A stretch of 56,600 nucleotides of DNA, the filler included, from Circinaria calcarea (taxonomy: Eukaryota): NCBI GenBank assembly GCA_051942165.1. It is 2 parts of 2 records of this genome, joined end to end, with 100 filler letters (N's around TTAATTAATTAA, not from the genome) between each part and the next. Parts side by side here need not be neighbours in the genome. Positions count along the whole stretch, not along the records: positions 1 to 28,269 come from JAVECS010000056.1; 1 more part is not named here. One strand, 5' to 3'. The notes beneath the pieces were generated by a model that had not been told where the DNA came from, searched no databases, and worked only from the letters and a program-made list of their open reading frames with translations. Shown one piece after another: positions 12,930 through 26,300 of this stretch. How positions within the stretch are numbered: position 1 is the stretch's first letter; each line of letters begins with the position of its first letter. Both the position numbers and the translations under genes were made by a program.

Positions 12930-14239
12930 TCAATCTTCTAGCCTGTGTCTAAACTCAATCTCTGATTGTTCGGGGCCAAAATCCGCAAACTCTTTCCACT
13001 TGGCGTTTTCAGCCCTTCTCCATACGTGGACTTGTCCATCATCGCCTGCAGAAATCAACGTAGCTCCTGTGCTAGACGTTAGCTATAACGGACGATTGGT
13101 GATTGTATGACCGTGGAACCAACCAGACACCCACTCGACCTTCCATACACCCTCGCTTCTAATCTCGGCAGCGAGCTTCCAGTCGTGTGGAACTCGACCT
13201 GTACCTACATCACCAGGTGCATCGGAGGAGCCACGGGATACCCCAGCCAGGCCAGCACCAATGCCAGAGGGGATACGGTTGTAGGTTACCAAGGACGCAT
13301 TTGTAGAAACGGGGATATTTACTGGCGCCTTGACGGGTATCGATTGGCTTTCGGGTCTGGTTTTCCGCGGAATGGATAGCTCGTAGATGCGAATATGGTC
13401 GTCGTTCCAGGCCGTGGCAATGAGGTCAGGAGCTATCCAAGCTGCAGGGGTCCAAGCGACATCGCGAACGAGACCACCGCGGACTCCTGTCAGCTCAGCG
13501 ACTGGGGCTTGAAAGCGATACACAGCATCCTCGGGTTTCGACAATCGATATACCTTGACCACATCCATTGCAGCTGCGGCAAGAGAGACTGCGTTTACGT
13601 CGAGACCGGCAGCAACGGCCTGATAGTTGGGACGGGCAGATTGCTGGAAACAGACTTTGAAAGACGTTTCTTCGCCACGCGGCATTCGTCCGCCACTAAC
13701 CCAGAACTGGTCGATCTCCTTCCAATCGTCAAAAACATCGGGCTTGACTGGCTCCAGTAGACTCAAGAGCCCATCCCTCGTTACGACGGCGAGGAGGGTC
13801 TCATGGCGGATATTCTTGAAGTCGAGAGAAACATAAATCACCTGGTGAGCTGCAGATTGGGTGAAGATATTCTTAAAACGGCGGCCACTAGCGGTGGGTT
13901 GCGACTCATCCTCCTGCCAGATTTTAAGCTTCAAGTCTTGCCCAATGCTGCCCAAGATCTGCCCCACGGATCCAGCATTCCATTTTACCTAGGAGGGCGT
14001 GGAGGATTCAGTACATCAAGCACAGGTATCTCCAGCATCTGACATACGTCTAAGACTTCACCGTTATGACCGCGCCAGACATCGACGGCCACCCAATTCT
14101 TCTCACCGTCCAAGTCAAACACCCGAATCTTATGGTCTGCGGATCCAGTTACTAAGCGTGTGCCGTAGGAGTTATAATGAGCAGCGAGAACAAGCTCGGA
14201 GCCTTCGTGGGTGAGCTCCTTGAAGCCATGCAGGGGCAT
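12930..14239 (-). CDS. SEH1: WD40 nucleoporin / SEA complex subunit Seh1 (3 exons)
   Basis: LVLAAHYNSYGTRLVTGSADHKIRVFD...WRGHNGEVLD|VKWN, SIGQDLKLKIWQED, VRDVAW, VWKVEW, SAGDDGQVHVW; canonical introns; stop TGA at 12932-12930. Confidence 0.85.
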
Positions 14240-14683
14240 ATCCGTCCGTCTAACCCTTAGCAATTAGTTGGCCGGAGCGAATGGCTTGGGAATACTATGA
14301 ACAGACTTTAGCACCTGGAACCAGTAGCTTTCATTCCTCGGGCTTCACCCGAAAATTACACCCCACTAATGATCGGATGTAATTCGAAAGATCTCATTGT
14401 CCAGCAACGGGTGGTGGGAATATATGACTCATTTGATCTTCTTGGTTCCTGCCACAGAGGAACATCTACCACTTAGCTGGTAAAAGATTTAGCCAAGCAA
14501 TATGTATGTACGAGTTCGTACGAAGCTGCCAGCATACAAAGCGGAGGTACTCCATCAAGAGGGCTGTCAGGCTGTCGGACATCGGGGGAACATTGTTGCC
14601 GGTTGAAACTGGCATGTGGGTTGCAGGGATGGTGACCCTGAGTGCAATCGGTAGATTTCTGTGTCGCCAGATATGCAGCTATC

Positions 14684-16201
14684 ATGACCACAACCCTGAG
14701 CAGGACAGAGACTTTGAGTCTTTGCGCACTCTCTGCAACATGCGTTGGTATTATCGCCAATTCATTTCAGGGCGATGGTGAACCCTTGATCGCATCTCTG
14801 GCCTTTAGCGGTATTGCCTTCGCGTCTACATACAGCTTGATACGATGGCTCGGAGACGTTTTCATGGCCGCTGGCTTGAAGGGGAAGGATATGTCCAAGG
14901 CAAGGAAGACTGAAATGTAGGTAGGCCTGGTCTTCTTGCTGTCATCTGGTAACCCAACTGATCTCTTGGTGTAGCCCAGAAACCATGGGCGCTGTATGTG
15001 CCGTCGTTTACCTCTTGACTATCATCATCTTTATACCGTTTCCCTTCTACAAAGACATTGTTGCCGCCACTTCCGGTGGCGGTAATAGAGACGTGGTGGT
15101 CGAGCTGCAGACAGTTGAGACTGGCCGGTTTCTGCATAGGTTTCCGCACAGTAAGGTGAGAAAGGACAGGAAGCGTCAGGAGAATGATTACTACTCGGCA
15201 AGCTGATCGCCTGAAATAAGCTTGCGTCGTATTTGTCTGCAATTCTGTCCTTGCAGGCTGCAGTTCTTCTCGGTATTGGCGACGACCTCTTCGACATTCG
15301 TTGGAGACACAAGTTCTTCATTCCTGCCTTCGCGTCGATCCCAATGCTCGTCGTCTATTTTGTCGACTTTGGAGTTACTAGAGTCGTTGTGCCCGCGCCA
15401 TTGCAAAATTACCTTGGGGAGCTGCTTGATTTAGGCTGGCTGTACTATGTGTATATGGCCGCAGTCGCCATTTTCTGCCCGAACTGCATCAATATCTTGG
15501 CTGGGATCAACGGGATCGAAGTCTCGCAGTCACTTGTGATTGCAATTCTCCTCATCATCAATGACCTTCTATACCTCGCTCCCATTACCCCTTACCCACA
15601 TCCTGCGACTGACTCGCATTTGTTCTCCATGTACCTGCTTTTACCGTTCATCGGCGTCTCTTTGGCACTCTGGTGGCACAATTGGTACCCAGCTCGGGTA
15701 TTTGTCGGTGATACGTATTGCTACTTCGCGGGCATGGTGTTTGCCGTCGTCGGTATCCTCGGTCACTTTAGCAAGACTCTGCTACTGCTGTTCATTCCTC
15801 AGATCTTCAACTTCCTGTACTCGGCGCCGCAGCTGTTCCGACTGGTTCCTTGTCCGAGACATCGCTTGCCGCATTTCAACGTGCGTACCGGGTTATTAGA
15901 GCCGTCGTTGACACGGTGGGAAAAACCGCCGTCGCGACCGGTCCGCCGGCTCTTGATGCTTCTTCACCGGACCTATTTATTACAAGTCAATACGGACGAG
16001 AAAGGAGAAATTGTCTCATCTTCCAACTTCACCATCCTCAATCTATGGCTCGTGCGCTTTGGACCCATGCGTGAAGATCGGCTGGCGGTTGCGATCTTGG
16101 TGTTGCAGGCTATCTGTGGTCTGCTAGGTTTGGTCGCGAGACACAAATTGGCGTTGTGGATTTTCCACCAGGACAATAGAGCTTTTGGGTTGATACCTTA
16201 A
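14684..16201 (+). CDS. ALG7: UDP-GlcNAc:dolichyl-phosphate GlcNAc-1-phosphate transferase (3 exons)
   Basis: GLKGKDMSK, IPETMGAV, LGIGDDLFDIRWRHK, NCINILAGINGIE, VFVGDTYCYFAG, CPRHRLP. Confidence 0.96.
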
Positions 16202-16482
16202 AGGGTTTTATCCGGTTTAGAATTTAGAATCATGAAAAATAAATACTTTAAAAACTTAGGAATGATAGGTGATCCTGATACGGCTACGCCATGGAGGGTA
16301 GAACCAGCACAGCTGTCGCGCTTCATGGGCCATGGTCCAAACTATATTGGTGTGCAGGGTAGAGCCTGATGATTACCCCCTATAGGGGCGTCCTCGACCT
16401 AGAGGGCCTCATATTTGCTATCTAATAAGTCTCTGTATCGGGAGTCTTGACAACTCGCAAGTATGTCGTACTGGATCTGGCA

Positions 16483-17596
16483 TCAATTCTCTTTTTTAGC
16501 CCCCGCTCTCTCCCTCTTCCTTAACGCCTTTTTCCTGATATCTTCACCCATAATCCTACTTCTGTCCACGACGAAACGGTTCGTGTAACCCAAGAAAGTG
16601 CCAGAGATCCACTGTATCAGAGCATGACTCCAGTACGGCGTACTTGTATATGCCCAGCCCTGTGCCCCGCCGCTCCTCCCCACCTTTCCCAAAACCGCTT
16701 GTACGAACGCTTTCGGTGTCGGTACCAACATGCTCGGCTTTCTGATCTTGCTCATGTTGGATGTGACGAAGTAGCTTTGCACCAGCTCAACGGTGATGTT
16801 GTGAGGCGCAAGCTCAGCACCCAAGGCAGACGACCATTGTTGTAGGAAAGCCTTGCTGCCAGAGTATGGTGCGAGGAGAGGCGTTGGAAATAGGCCACCA
16901 AAGGAGCCCATGGTGAGGACCAAGCCGCGGCGACGGGCTAGCATACCGGGAAGAACTAGAGACGTGATACGGAGCGTGCCGGTACAATTGGTCGTGATGA
17001 TCTGGGATATCTCCGTCTCCTCTGTCAGCGCAAACGGAACTGGTATGTCATGACTTATGCCGGCGCTGTTGACGAGAATCGAAACATCGAGATCCGAGAC
17101 AAGGGTTTGCAGGTCTGCGTAGTCGGACCGAGTGCTGGAATTGAAGTCTATAGGAAAGGTCTTCACTTGGACGGAGGAGGTGCGGGGGTCATGTGCAATC
17201 TCTTCAGAGACGGCGTTGAGCTTCGATGCGGTGCGGGAAACGAGGAGGATGTTAAAGCCTCGGCGGGCAAGCTGCAGTGCAAACTCTCTACCGATGCCGT
17301 CCGATGCCCCAGTCACGAGGGCCCAGCTACCTTTTGGACCAAAGGAGTGTAGCTATACACGCAATGTCAATGAGATCATGGGAGGACTCGCCGGGACAAT
17401 AGACCAGCCTTACAGGTTTTCCCGGAAGGACGAAAAGACTGGATAGAAGTCGTAGGAAGCTGAAGACCTTCGAGCCGACGGCGTATAACCCTACCGCAGC
17501 CAAACCGACAATGAGTGAGTTTAGAGCCATTGGGTCGAATCCCCTGTCCATGCTAAGATGATGTTGTGTAAAGAAAGTACCAGTGAATCCATTCAT
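16483..17596 (-). CDS. IFA38: Very-long-chain 3-oxoacyl-CoA reductase (SDR family; 2 exons; start codon uncertain, alternative about 17551)
   Basis: N-terminal TM segment, [12 protein letters not shown]ossmann motif, catalytic [14 protein letters not shown]-terminal KKEN. Confidence 0.9.
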
Positions 17597-18166
17597 TGTG
17601 AACACACAGGCTTCTTTATACAAAGCGGAAAGAGAGAGAGCGTTAGTTCCTCCTCTGCTTGGTGCCCGCCTTACGACATGCCTGACACCCACACAGATGG
17701 ATTGACTGTGGGAAAGGAGACTAGCCGATCATGGAATAGATATACTTGGCCTGCAGGGATAATAGACGTTAGCATGGTTTTTTAAAACAAGAGTTACAAC
17801 AAGACCAAACCAAATCATTAACTCGTAGAAAAACTAATAGGAGCTCCGAGAGATACGAATGAAATACGTCTAATCTAATCGCTTTTCTCCCTTGAATTTC
17901 ATATAGTATTCGCTGAATATGTAAAGATGTATCAAAAACTACACTAACGTCTATTATCCCTGCAGATCATGGTAATACGGTTTAAAACGAGGCCTACTAG
18001 TAAGCGCGGCTTCCTCGGTCCGACCCGTCCTTTTCTTTTGGGTTGTAGATTTTTCTGCATTCTAAAGATCAGGTTCAACATAAACATGCGGATGTATTGC
18101 TGCATAAAACGAAGATATAGCATCAATGTCTCGAAATAGTAGGAATAACGAGTCAACGGTGGATCG

Positions 18167-18674
18167 ATGAAATCTTTCCTCCCCCCACATGAGGGCCTCC
18201 TCCCCGAGTGGCTCCTACTCGTTCGTGCTTCCAGAATTATTAACCAGGGAGATTCTCACAAGCTAAACCTCCCCCCCCTTTTAGGTCTCTGTTATATCCA
18301 CCCTCAATAGCATCCAGGCGTACGCGACTCTTACCTACACCCGACGCGTCTACTCGGGCACCCCTCCTCCTTCAAATGCGAAGCACGCCTCCTCTTCGTC
18401 CACAGCGTCCCCGGTGACGCCTTTGTCTGCACGTACCTTCGGGACTTGGACTTTCCTCTCGTCCGTGATCCGTCTCTACGCTGCATATAATATCTCGAAT
18501 CCCTTGATGTACCAGTTAGCACTGTGGACCTATGGAATTGCGTGGGGTCATTTCATGACCGAGTGGATGTGGTACGGTTCAACCAAGTGGGGGAAGGGAC
18601 TGGCAGGCCCGGTGTGTGTTTCGACCGGGAGCTTGGCGTGGATGTTGATGCAGTGGAGTTGGTATGTGAGGTAA
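18167..18674 (+). CDS. ERG28: Ergosterol biosynthesis scaffold protein Erg28 (exons 18167-18220, 18285-18674)
   Basis: MKSFLPPHEGLLPEWLLL|VSVISTLNSIQAY...VTPLSARTFGTWTFLSSVIRLYAAY...HFMTEW...GLAGP. Confidence 0.93.
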
Positions 18675-19063
18675 GAGCTGCAGTGGAAAAGATAGATCGG
18701 GCTGGGCAAGGTGGAACCGATCCACGCAATGCCTAATTACTGTGAGGGTAGTTCCACGTGCACACGGCGTGGTACAATTGAGAAATTCCATTTCAACTTT
18801 TCAAACGAAATTGCACTCCAAAGCTTAACAGGACATGATGTGTTTCAGACAGAAGAACTGCCTTAATCTATTATTAACATTGTCTGCCGTTATTGGAAAA
18901 CCTGATCCCTTCTACCAGGCAATAAGCACAATAGCCAAGGTCGGCCCTGTTACTATAGCTTCCAAACCATGAAAAGAAAGCTAGTTCCATTTACTGCCCC
19001 AGCATTCGTAAACCAATAAAACCTAGCCATTCTCTCTGGCACCCTTCTACTCAACGAGATATA

Positions 19064-20386
19064 TTAGCCCAGCCTCAGTCTATATAGCTCTCCGGCGCAA
19101 TCTCGAAGCTTTGCGGCCGCTTGTTCGGGAGTAATATCCCTTTGCGGTTCTGCCATCATCTCATAACTTCACTGAGCTTAGCACATGGTCCAAACATAGG
19201 GAATTTTTCCACGTACCCGACAAGAAATTTCCGGACCGTTGCACTCCTAAGCAGTGGCGGATAGAAGTGGATGTGAAAATGACTTGCTTCAATCTCGGAG
19301 TCTGATCCCTCGAGTGGTGCTTGGTGTATACCCATACTGTACGGAAATTGCGTTTCAAACAGGTTATCGTAGCGCCGAGTGACCTCAGCTAATACCTCTG
19401 CTAAGCTTCGCCTCTCTTTCTCGTCAAAGTCTACAAGCGCTCTCTTGTGCTTCCGTGCGATGATCATAACTTCAAACGGCCACGTTGCCCACCACGGACA
19501 GAGGGCCAGGAAAGAATTATTCTCAAAAACAACCCTCTCTTTCTTCTCAGATTCCAGCTGTGCATAATCTTCAAGCATGTGAAGGCCTCCCTGCTCCCGA
19601 CGGTATCTTTTCAGTTGCTCTAATTCCAACATAGGTTCTTCCGGTAGGCCGGTGACTGCCCATATCTGACCATGTGGATGCGGATTAGAACATCCCATGG
19701 CTGCACCCTTATTTTCAAAGATTTGCATGTAACGATATTGGGTACTCGGCCTCGTCACCGTCGCGTTGCGGTGGTTCTCCGGTGGTAACGTTGTGGGTGC
19801 AGCAACCTTCGCCAAAGGTGATTTTGGTGAGACATGGGCGGTATAGAGCTGAGTCCATGTGTCAATGATTGGTAAGATTTCAGAGGGGCTGAGATCGGCA
19901 AGGGTGAGGTTGTGGGAAGGTGAGAAGGTGATAACGTAGCATTTGCCTACGACGGGTTCCGCGCGTAGAAGTAATGAAGAAAGGCCTACCCGTTTCAGCA
20001 GGAATTCTTCACCAATGGGTCTACCCTACTGCCGTCTTTATCTCCCGGTGTGTACTCGGTCTGTTCCTCTTGAACAGCTGCATAGTCGTTCACGAAGACA
20101 AAGGTGCTTTCGTACTTGGGATTGCTGTCCCCCTGCGCACGCTTATTACCAGGACAGAGGTAGCACTCCGGATCATAATCCGGCAAGGCAGTTTTTGATG
20201 CCTCTTCTTGCTGACCTCTATTTCATCAAACCAGATGAGCGTATGGCCTGCACTTCACATGAGTTGTTTTGTGGCTGTCACTCACTGCCAAGGTCTCTTC
20301 ATCCGATGAGGGGAGACCAACACCCAGCTGCCGCGGAGTACGTTGTACCGCCGATGCGATATGTTATCGAGAATCGCGTCTGGCAT
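19064..20386 (-). CDS. GAL7: Galactose-1-phosphate uridylyltransferase (4 exons)
   Basis: [56 protein letters not shown] (catalytic HPH), [26 protein letters not shown]. Confidence 0.97.
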
Positions 20387-20942
20387 TTTCGACTCGTCTT
20401 GCCTGACTTATTTCAGCGGTCTAGGTAGGAGGGCTGGGTGCGGTTGAGGAAATACGAAGTATCTACTGTAGGGCTATCCCAAGTGATTCTCCTGATCTCA
20501 TGCGCGGAGAGTTTTTACACCAAAGGGTACTAGTGGGACGACAAGATATGTGGGGAAATAGATAGTCAACGGGGAGACGATCATTTAAGGATAGCTAGAC
20601 CTTTCTGAAGGATAGTGTCACTCTGGAGGGGTATTAACTGTTAGCGCATTGTTCAATCTCCCCTTTGTAATCTACAATACGTGAAAAATTTCGATGAAAG
20701 AGTAACTCCCGATATTAAGTCTATTCTCTAACACATGTTCTAGCTGCTCTTTCAATTAAAACGTAACTTGGGTTTGTTATGGAACTTCCAGAGTGACTGC
20801 AGTAACAATTAATACTCCTGCGAACCAGTTGTAGCACGATTACTGAGAACGTAATGTGGGTCTATTGTTAACCCATTAAAGGCTATAAGCATGCTATTCA
20901 ATAACCTAATGACTCCTATCGACAGATCGAACAAGCAGCAGC

Positions 20943-22068
20943 ATGAGTTTGCATACCGGTGGCTCTGTTTCGCAAATGAGCCTTTTATCGTTACCAAACG
21001 AAGTGAGCCACCTTCCCCACTCAACTTTTTTAGGAGATTGCTGACCCTCCAAGCTTCTCGTCCACATCTTAAAGACCTTTTCTACCCAGTTACTCTTACC
21101 GTTGACTCTAGTCTCCCGTCGCTTCCATGACTTGATTCTTCGAATCATTCAAGGTCGGCTCCTTCTCGCAGCCTCCCCCAAAGGCCATACCTTAATCCTT
21201 GAGTGCTACCATCCATCGGCGAAAAGTACCGAGCCTCATCTAGTGTGTCAATACCTGGGAACACCTGGGTTGGCCAACGCCTTTCAGGAAACAGAACCGA
21301 TTCCTTACCATGCGGGCGGTGTGGGTCAGCTAGGTCAATGGCGAGATCTATACTCACATTTCCGTCCTGCAAGACAGGAAACGGAATGCAGGGTCTTGCG
21401 GTCTCATCCCGCTGGGGAAGCGGTCAGACTCCCCAATCCCAAAATCTCACTAACAGGGGACGGACGGCTCCATGAAGAGCCAACGAAAGACCTCGTGTCG
21501 CATGATGTCAATTTAGACTCCCATGAGCTTTTCTCTCAGCTATGTGTTGTGACACATCTGGTTCAGCTTGGCCCTCGAAGTGGCATCTTCTACAGCATTG
21601 TCAACATTGCTGATGGAGTAGTGAGGATTTGGAGGAAGTGGCTTGCGGAGAGGACCAAAGTTTTGAAATCCCATGAAACCTCGAACATGGACGACCGGTC
21701 ATCCGCCCACCCTGATTTGGACGAATCATCAAGGATGTTATGGGTCGATAGTCGCAGGAACGCCGGGCTCCTCGTACGAATCAGAGAAAGAAGCATTCGT
21801 AGAGATGTTCCGTTGTTATTACATAAGGATGAGGATCCTGCTGTCAGTTATGTTATGGAGTATGAAGGTATGTGCGGTAGACCCAGAATTCATACTATGC
21901 CTCCCCTAGAGAGGTTCTTTTCCTTCGAATGGAGGCTAACAGATGTTAGAACTGCGCATTCGTACAGCACATCTATTGCAGGCAGTTGAGCAAGCCCATT
22001 TAGAAAAGAGTAATGTTTCGGGAAAGGCTATGATCTTTGGATCCTTTGCACAGCGGAATGAAATATAG
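20943..22068 (+). CDS. F-box domain protein (3 exons)
   Basis: After splicing, the N-terminus reads SLLSLPNE|LLVHILKTFSTQLLLPLTLVSRRFHDL (F-box pattern); also LILECYHPS and ELFSQLC; canonical introns. Confidence 0.8.
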
Positions 22069-22398
22069 ATAGATACAGGTATCAGCCTAGACTCCTTTTC
22101 GGCTAGCATTCTGTTTGAGATTCAGATCCCATTGTCATCGAGGACTGGCTATCATGTAACCTCCTCGCTTGTAACGCTTCTCAGCTCTCACTCAATACCG
22201 GCATAGTGTTTTGATATACATAAGAAAATGACGAGAATTGTCAGCGTAGCTTACAAGCCGGGCTTTTGTAGTGTTCCATGTTGAGGTTTTTCTCCCCTAG
22301 ATCCAGACCAGAACTATAATGAGTAGACGGTGTCTATGCCTGGTCTGATTGGGATCAAATTCACTCGATAGCAACGTACTTCTGAGGACTCCACGTCT

Positions 22399-23009
22399 TT
22401 ATAGCATCCCTTTGACTATTTTGGCAACCTCTGCATTCTCCACAGGTTTTCCGTTGAATTCGCCGCCAGGACCGACGAGGGCCTTCAAAAGGGCTCCAGG
22501 ATTCGCTGTATGACCTTTTGTTCTCATCTCACCAATAATCTTAGCTACAGCTTCTTTGATCTCTTCCTCTCCCAGAGTCTCAACCCCTGAAGCGTACTCT
22601 TCCAAGACGGCTACTTGAGACAGCTCTGAATCCCTGAGATCAGCTCTGTTCGCAGCGCTGAACTCTTGTGCCGCTGACTTGGAAGCTGCAGCACGTTTGC
22701 GTAACAAGGACAGTAATTGTATGTCGGTTCTGATGGGATTAGAAGTTTTAGATGCATTGGTGGTCTCCGCAAGAAGTGCCCGAAGTACATTAAGGCTATA
22801 AGATACAACTGGATTAGTAGCCAACGGTGGAGATAGACATCAAGGTGGATATACCGGTTCGTATCCTTGGATTTCATCGCAGACTTTAAGTCCGACCTCA
22901 TTTTCAGTAATAAGGGAGGAACAGTGGGACTGGTGCTCGTCGGAGACGAATACGGACGTAGGGAACGGTTTAGGAGAGCTTGTCCTCTCCAAGCTTTCCT
23001 AGAAATCAT
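22399..23009 (-). CDS. AIM41: Mitochondrial GatB/YqeY-domain protein Aim41 (2 exons)
   Basis: Arg-rich presequence-like N-terminus, LLLKMRSDLKSAMKSKDTNR|LNVLRALL, ANRADLRDSELSQVAVLEEY. Confidence 0.85.
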
Positions 23010-23395
23010 GATCGTAAAGTCTCCGACCAGGCATTCATATAGATTCCAACGGATTGGTGTCGAATAGTGTGGCACGATATTCCAGAGACGCTACAACAGC
23101 GCGGCCAGGTATCTGTTTGTAATGTTTAGGAGATTTGGTACCTGAGTTAGACCTAAAAGCGTAAGGCGGCCCTGCCGCGAACCAAGCTTCTCGAAGCTCC
23201 AGATCATTTGTGAATGTGATTCGCGAACAAGCGCGCAGTTCACCATCCATTCGATATTTGGCTGAAAGTGCTTCAAGAGAGGGCCGCTGGTATGTCCATT
23301 GTAGGACCTATGCAGTCACGACGGCAGAACCCACACACAGATTCCAGTCTATGCAATTAGGCAATATCAGCACACTCGATGGAATTTGATGAAGG

Positions 23396-26300
23396 ATGTC
23401 ATATGCCGCGCAAACCCCCCAGCGACCGCTTCCAGGAGCATACATACAGACGCCCGCACTCAATCGATATCAGTCCGCTCCTAGAAGGCAGTCTTTCACA
23501 CGCACAAACCCGACGTCCAGTTCACCGCAGGATGCGTCCCAGAACCTTCAGCAGACTGGCGGCCAACAGTCAAGGCAGCCTGAGCAAGTGGAGGCCAAAT
23601 CGGCGACGGAGACTTTGAACCCGGTTAGTCGAGCATCCAGAACAATTAATGAGATGTTGGATTCGGAATCGAAGTACCCAGAGCTCGATACGTATATTGG
23701 TCGTAAGTATGCAAAGCCATCGTGGACCTGACGGCGCTGACCATGACCCAGAGGGAGTATCCTCCGAATATGACGCTTCGACCTCAGCAGCATGGGCACC
23801 CTTTGAAAAGATCAAGGTTTACCCTATACCAGATAGCATATTCGAACAATATAACCGCGCCCAAGTATCGACAATGATGGGCCTCTTCGCCGATCTAAAT
23901 CACGCATGGATTACGATTGACAATGCATGCTACATGTGGGACTACACCCATCCGAATCCCAATCTCGTCGGATATGAAGATCAGCCAAACAGCATAACAG
24001 CGGTGCGGCTGGTTGTGCCTCGACCCGGTTGTTTCGTTCCAGCAATTACTCGACTCCTGATCATTGCCACTACCGTGGAGATGATACTTGTTGGTGTATC
24101 GGTTCAAACCAGGCCTACCGGAGGATCAGACATTTCGCTTTTCCAGACCCGCATGTCGATCCCAATCAAGGGCATGAATGTGAGCGTCATTGAGGGTTCA
24201 ACCGCGAGCGGGAGGGTGTTTTTCTCTGGAACCACAGACAACGATGTTTATGAGCTTACCTATCAGCAAGAGGAGAAATGGTTTCAGACTCGTTGTGCCA
24301 AGATTAACCACACTAGCAGAGGTATCTCAACCTTAGCACCTACGCTCACTTTTAGGCAAAAACCTCCACAGGAGCATACGGTCCAGATTGCTGTTGATGA
24401 TTCGAGGAAGCTTGTCTACACCCTCTCTACAAAATCTACCATCCGTACTTTTCACATGAAACAAAACGGAACCCTGGACCTGGTCATCCTAAAGCCACTT
24501 AATCAAACTTTAAGCAACATCGGACATATGACATCCCAGTCCGACCTTATATCTACGGATATGCGAATAGTTGCGATCCATCCAATCTCTTCGCAGGAAG
24601 CTTCCAAACTACATTTATTGGCTACTACTTCCACTGGCTGCCGGATATTCATGAGCGCTACGTCTAATTATGGCTATTCAATCACCGATCCTTCCAAGAA
24701 TGCGCCGAGCAGTATGCAAGTACAACACGTGAAGTTCCCACCTCCGGAACCAGTTGTGCCACAAGGTGGTCAGCAATCATCCACTCAATCAAACACATTT
24801 GGCAATGGCCAAGGCATCAATACTTCTTCAAAATCATTGAAACTTACCCGAAATGCGGCGAGGTACCCACCAGGTTATTTTTTTTGCTTCGTGTCCAGAC
24901 ATCCTCAGGATCAAACAGATATATTGTTCATCGCGGCTCCTGACGTGGGACGTATAGCGCGCCCACAGGAGACATCTAGACTGTCGAGGTTTGCAGAACT
25001 TGGCTTGTGGGTTAGTCTTGGAAGCCGCGCGGAAGATGTTGGCTTGGCTTCACTGCCATTCTCTGCCGCACCTTCCCCCCTTGGATTCGCCAATGAACTT
25101 GCAGTACAATACGATAAGCCTACGTCTGATGTGGCTGTCCTGACCAATACTGGAATTCACATCTTCCGTCGCAGACGGCTAGTGGACATGTTTGCTGCTG
25201 CAATCAAGTACGGAGTAGGTGATGAAGGCCTTGAAGGAGAAGTCACGAAGTTCATCCGTTTGTATGGTAGAAGTGAAACTACAGCCACAGCATTAGCTGT
25301 GGCCTGTGGTCAAGGCCTCGATATCACAGCTGATTCACGTGTAGCCACCGTAGCTGACCCCGAAATACTGGAGCATGCGCGAAAGGCATTCATTGAGTAT
25401 GGAGGCAAGCCACTGTTTAACGAAAATCCGGCACTCAACCAATCCCTTTCTGCTGTTGATTTGGTTAGACCGTCGCCTCGACATGAAGGCCTTTCACTAT
25501 ACGTAGCACGGCTCGTGCGCTCCATCTGGAGAGCACCTATTGTCGTGGAGTCAACATCCCCCAGTGGCGGGTTAACGGTTACGCCGTCAGTCAGCATGGA
25601 AAAACTCAGGGAAGTCCAGGAGAGCCTGTCTAAACTTCAGGATTTTCTTAGGAGAAACAAGAGTTTCATCGATGGATTGGCAGGTCCTGAGGCGTTGGGC
25701 CATGTCTCAACGAAGCATGAAGAAATTGCTCTCCAGGCTGAACATCGCGCTCTTCATGCTTTAGTCGTTCTGATATCAAGCATGATCGAAGGCATATCCT
25801 TTGTGCAGGTTCTGTTTGACGAACGAATCGATGAGATCATGTTATCTCTGCCAAACGAGAGGAGACAACAAGTGAGGAGTCTCACCTACGAAGGGCTCTT
25901 CTGCTCTGCCACGGGGAAGGAGCTGGCGAAAGAGCTTGTCAAATCAATTGTTAATCGCAATATCGCGAATGGATCTAATGTAGACACCGTTGCAGAAGCG
26001 TTGCGAAGGCGCTGCGGCAGCTTTTGCAGCTCAGAAGATGTGGTTATTTTCAAAGCTCAGGAACAACTAAAGAAGGCCACTGAGGCCGGGAGCAGCTCAG
26101 AGTTTGGACGGAACCTACTAAACGAGAGTTTAAGGCTTTTCAAGCAAGTCGCTGCAGATCTTTCGATGGAGCAGCTGCAATGGGCGGTCGATCAGTATGT
26201 CTCCATGCAATTCTTTGCAGGGGCAATCCAGTTGGCCCTCTGTGTAGCGCAGGAAATGGACCGGGGGAACCGGGCTTTGACTTGGATACAAGAAGGTCGG

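Noticed and set aside
17790..18160. Upc2-type sterol regulatory elements upstream of ERG28
   Set aside because: Only imperfect TCGT(A/T) cores in AT-rich DNA; no exact TCGTATA or TCGTTTA match seen.
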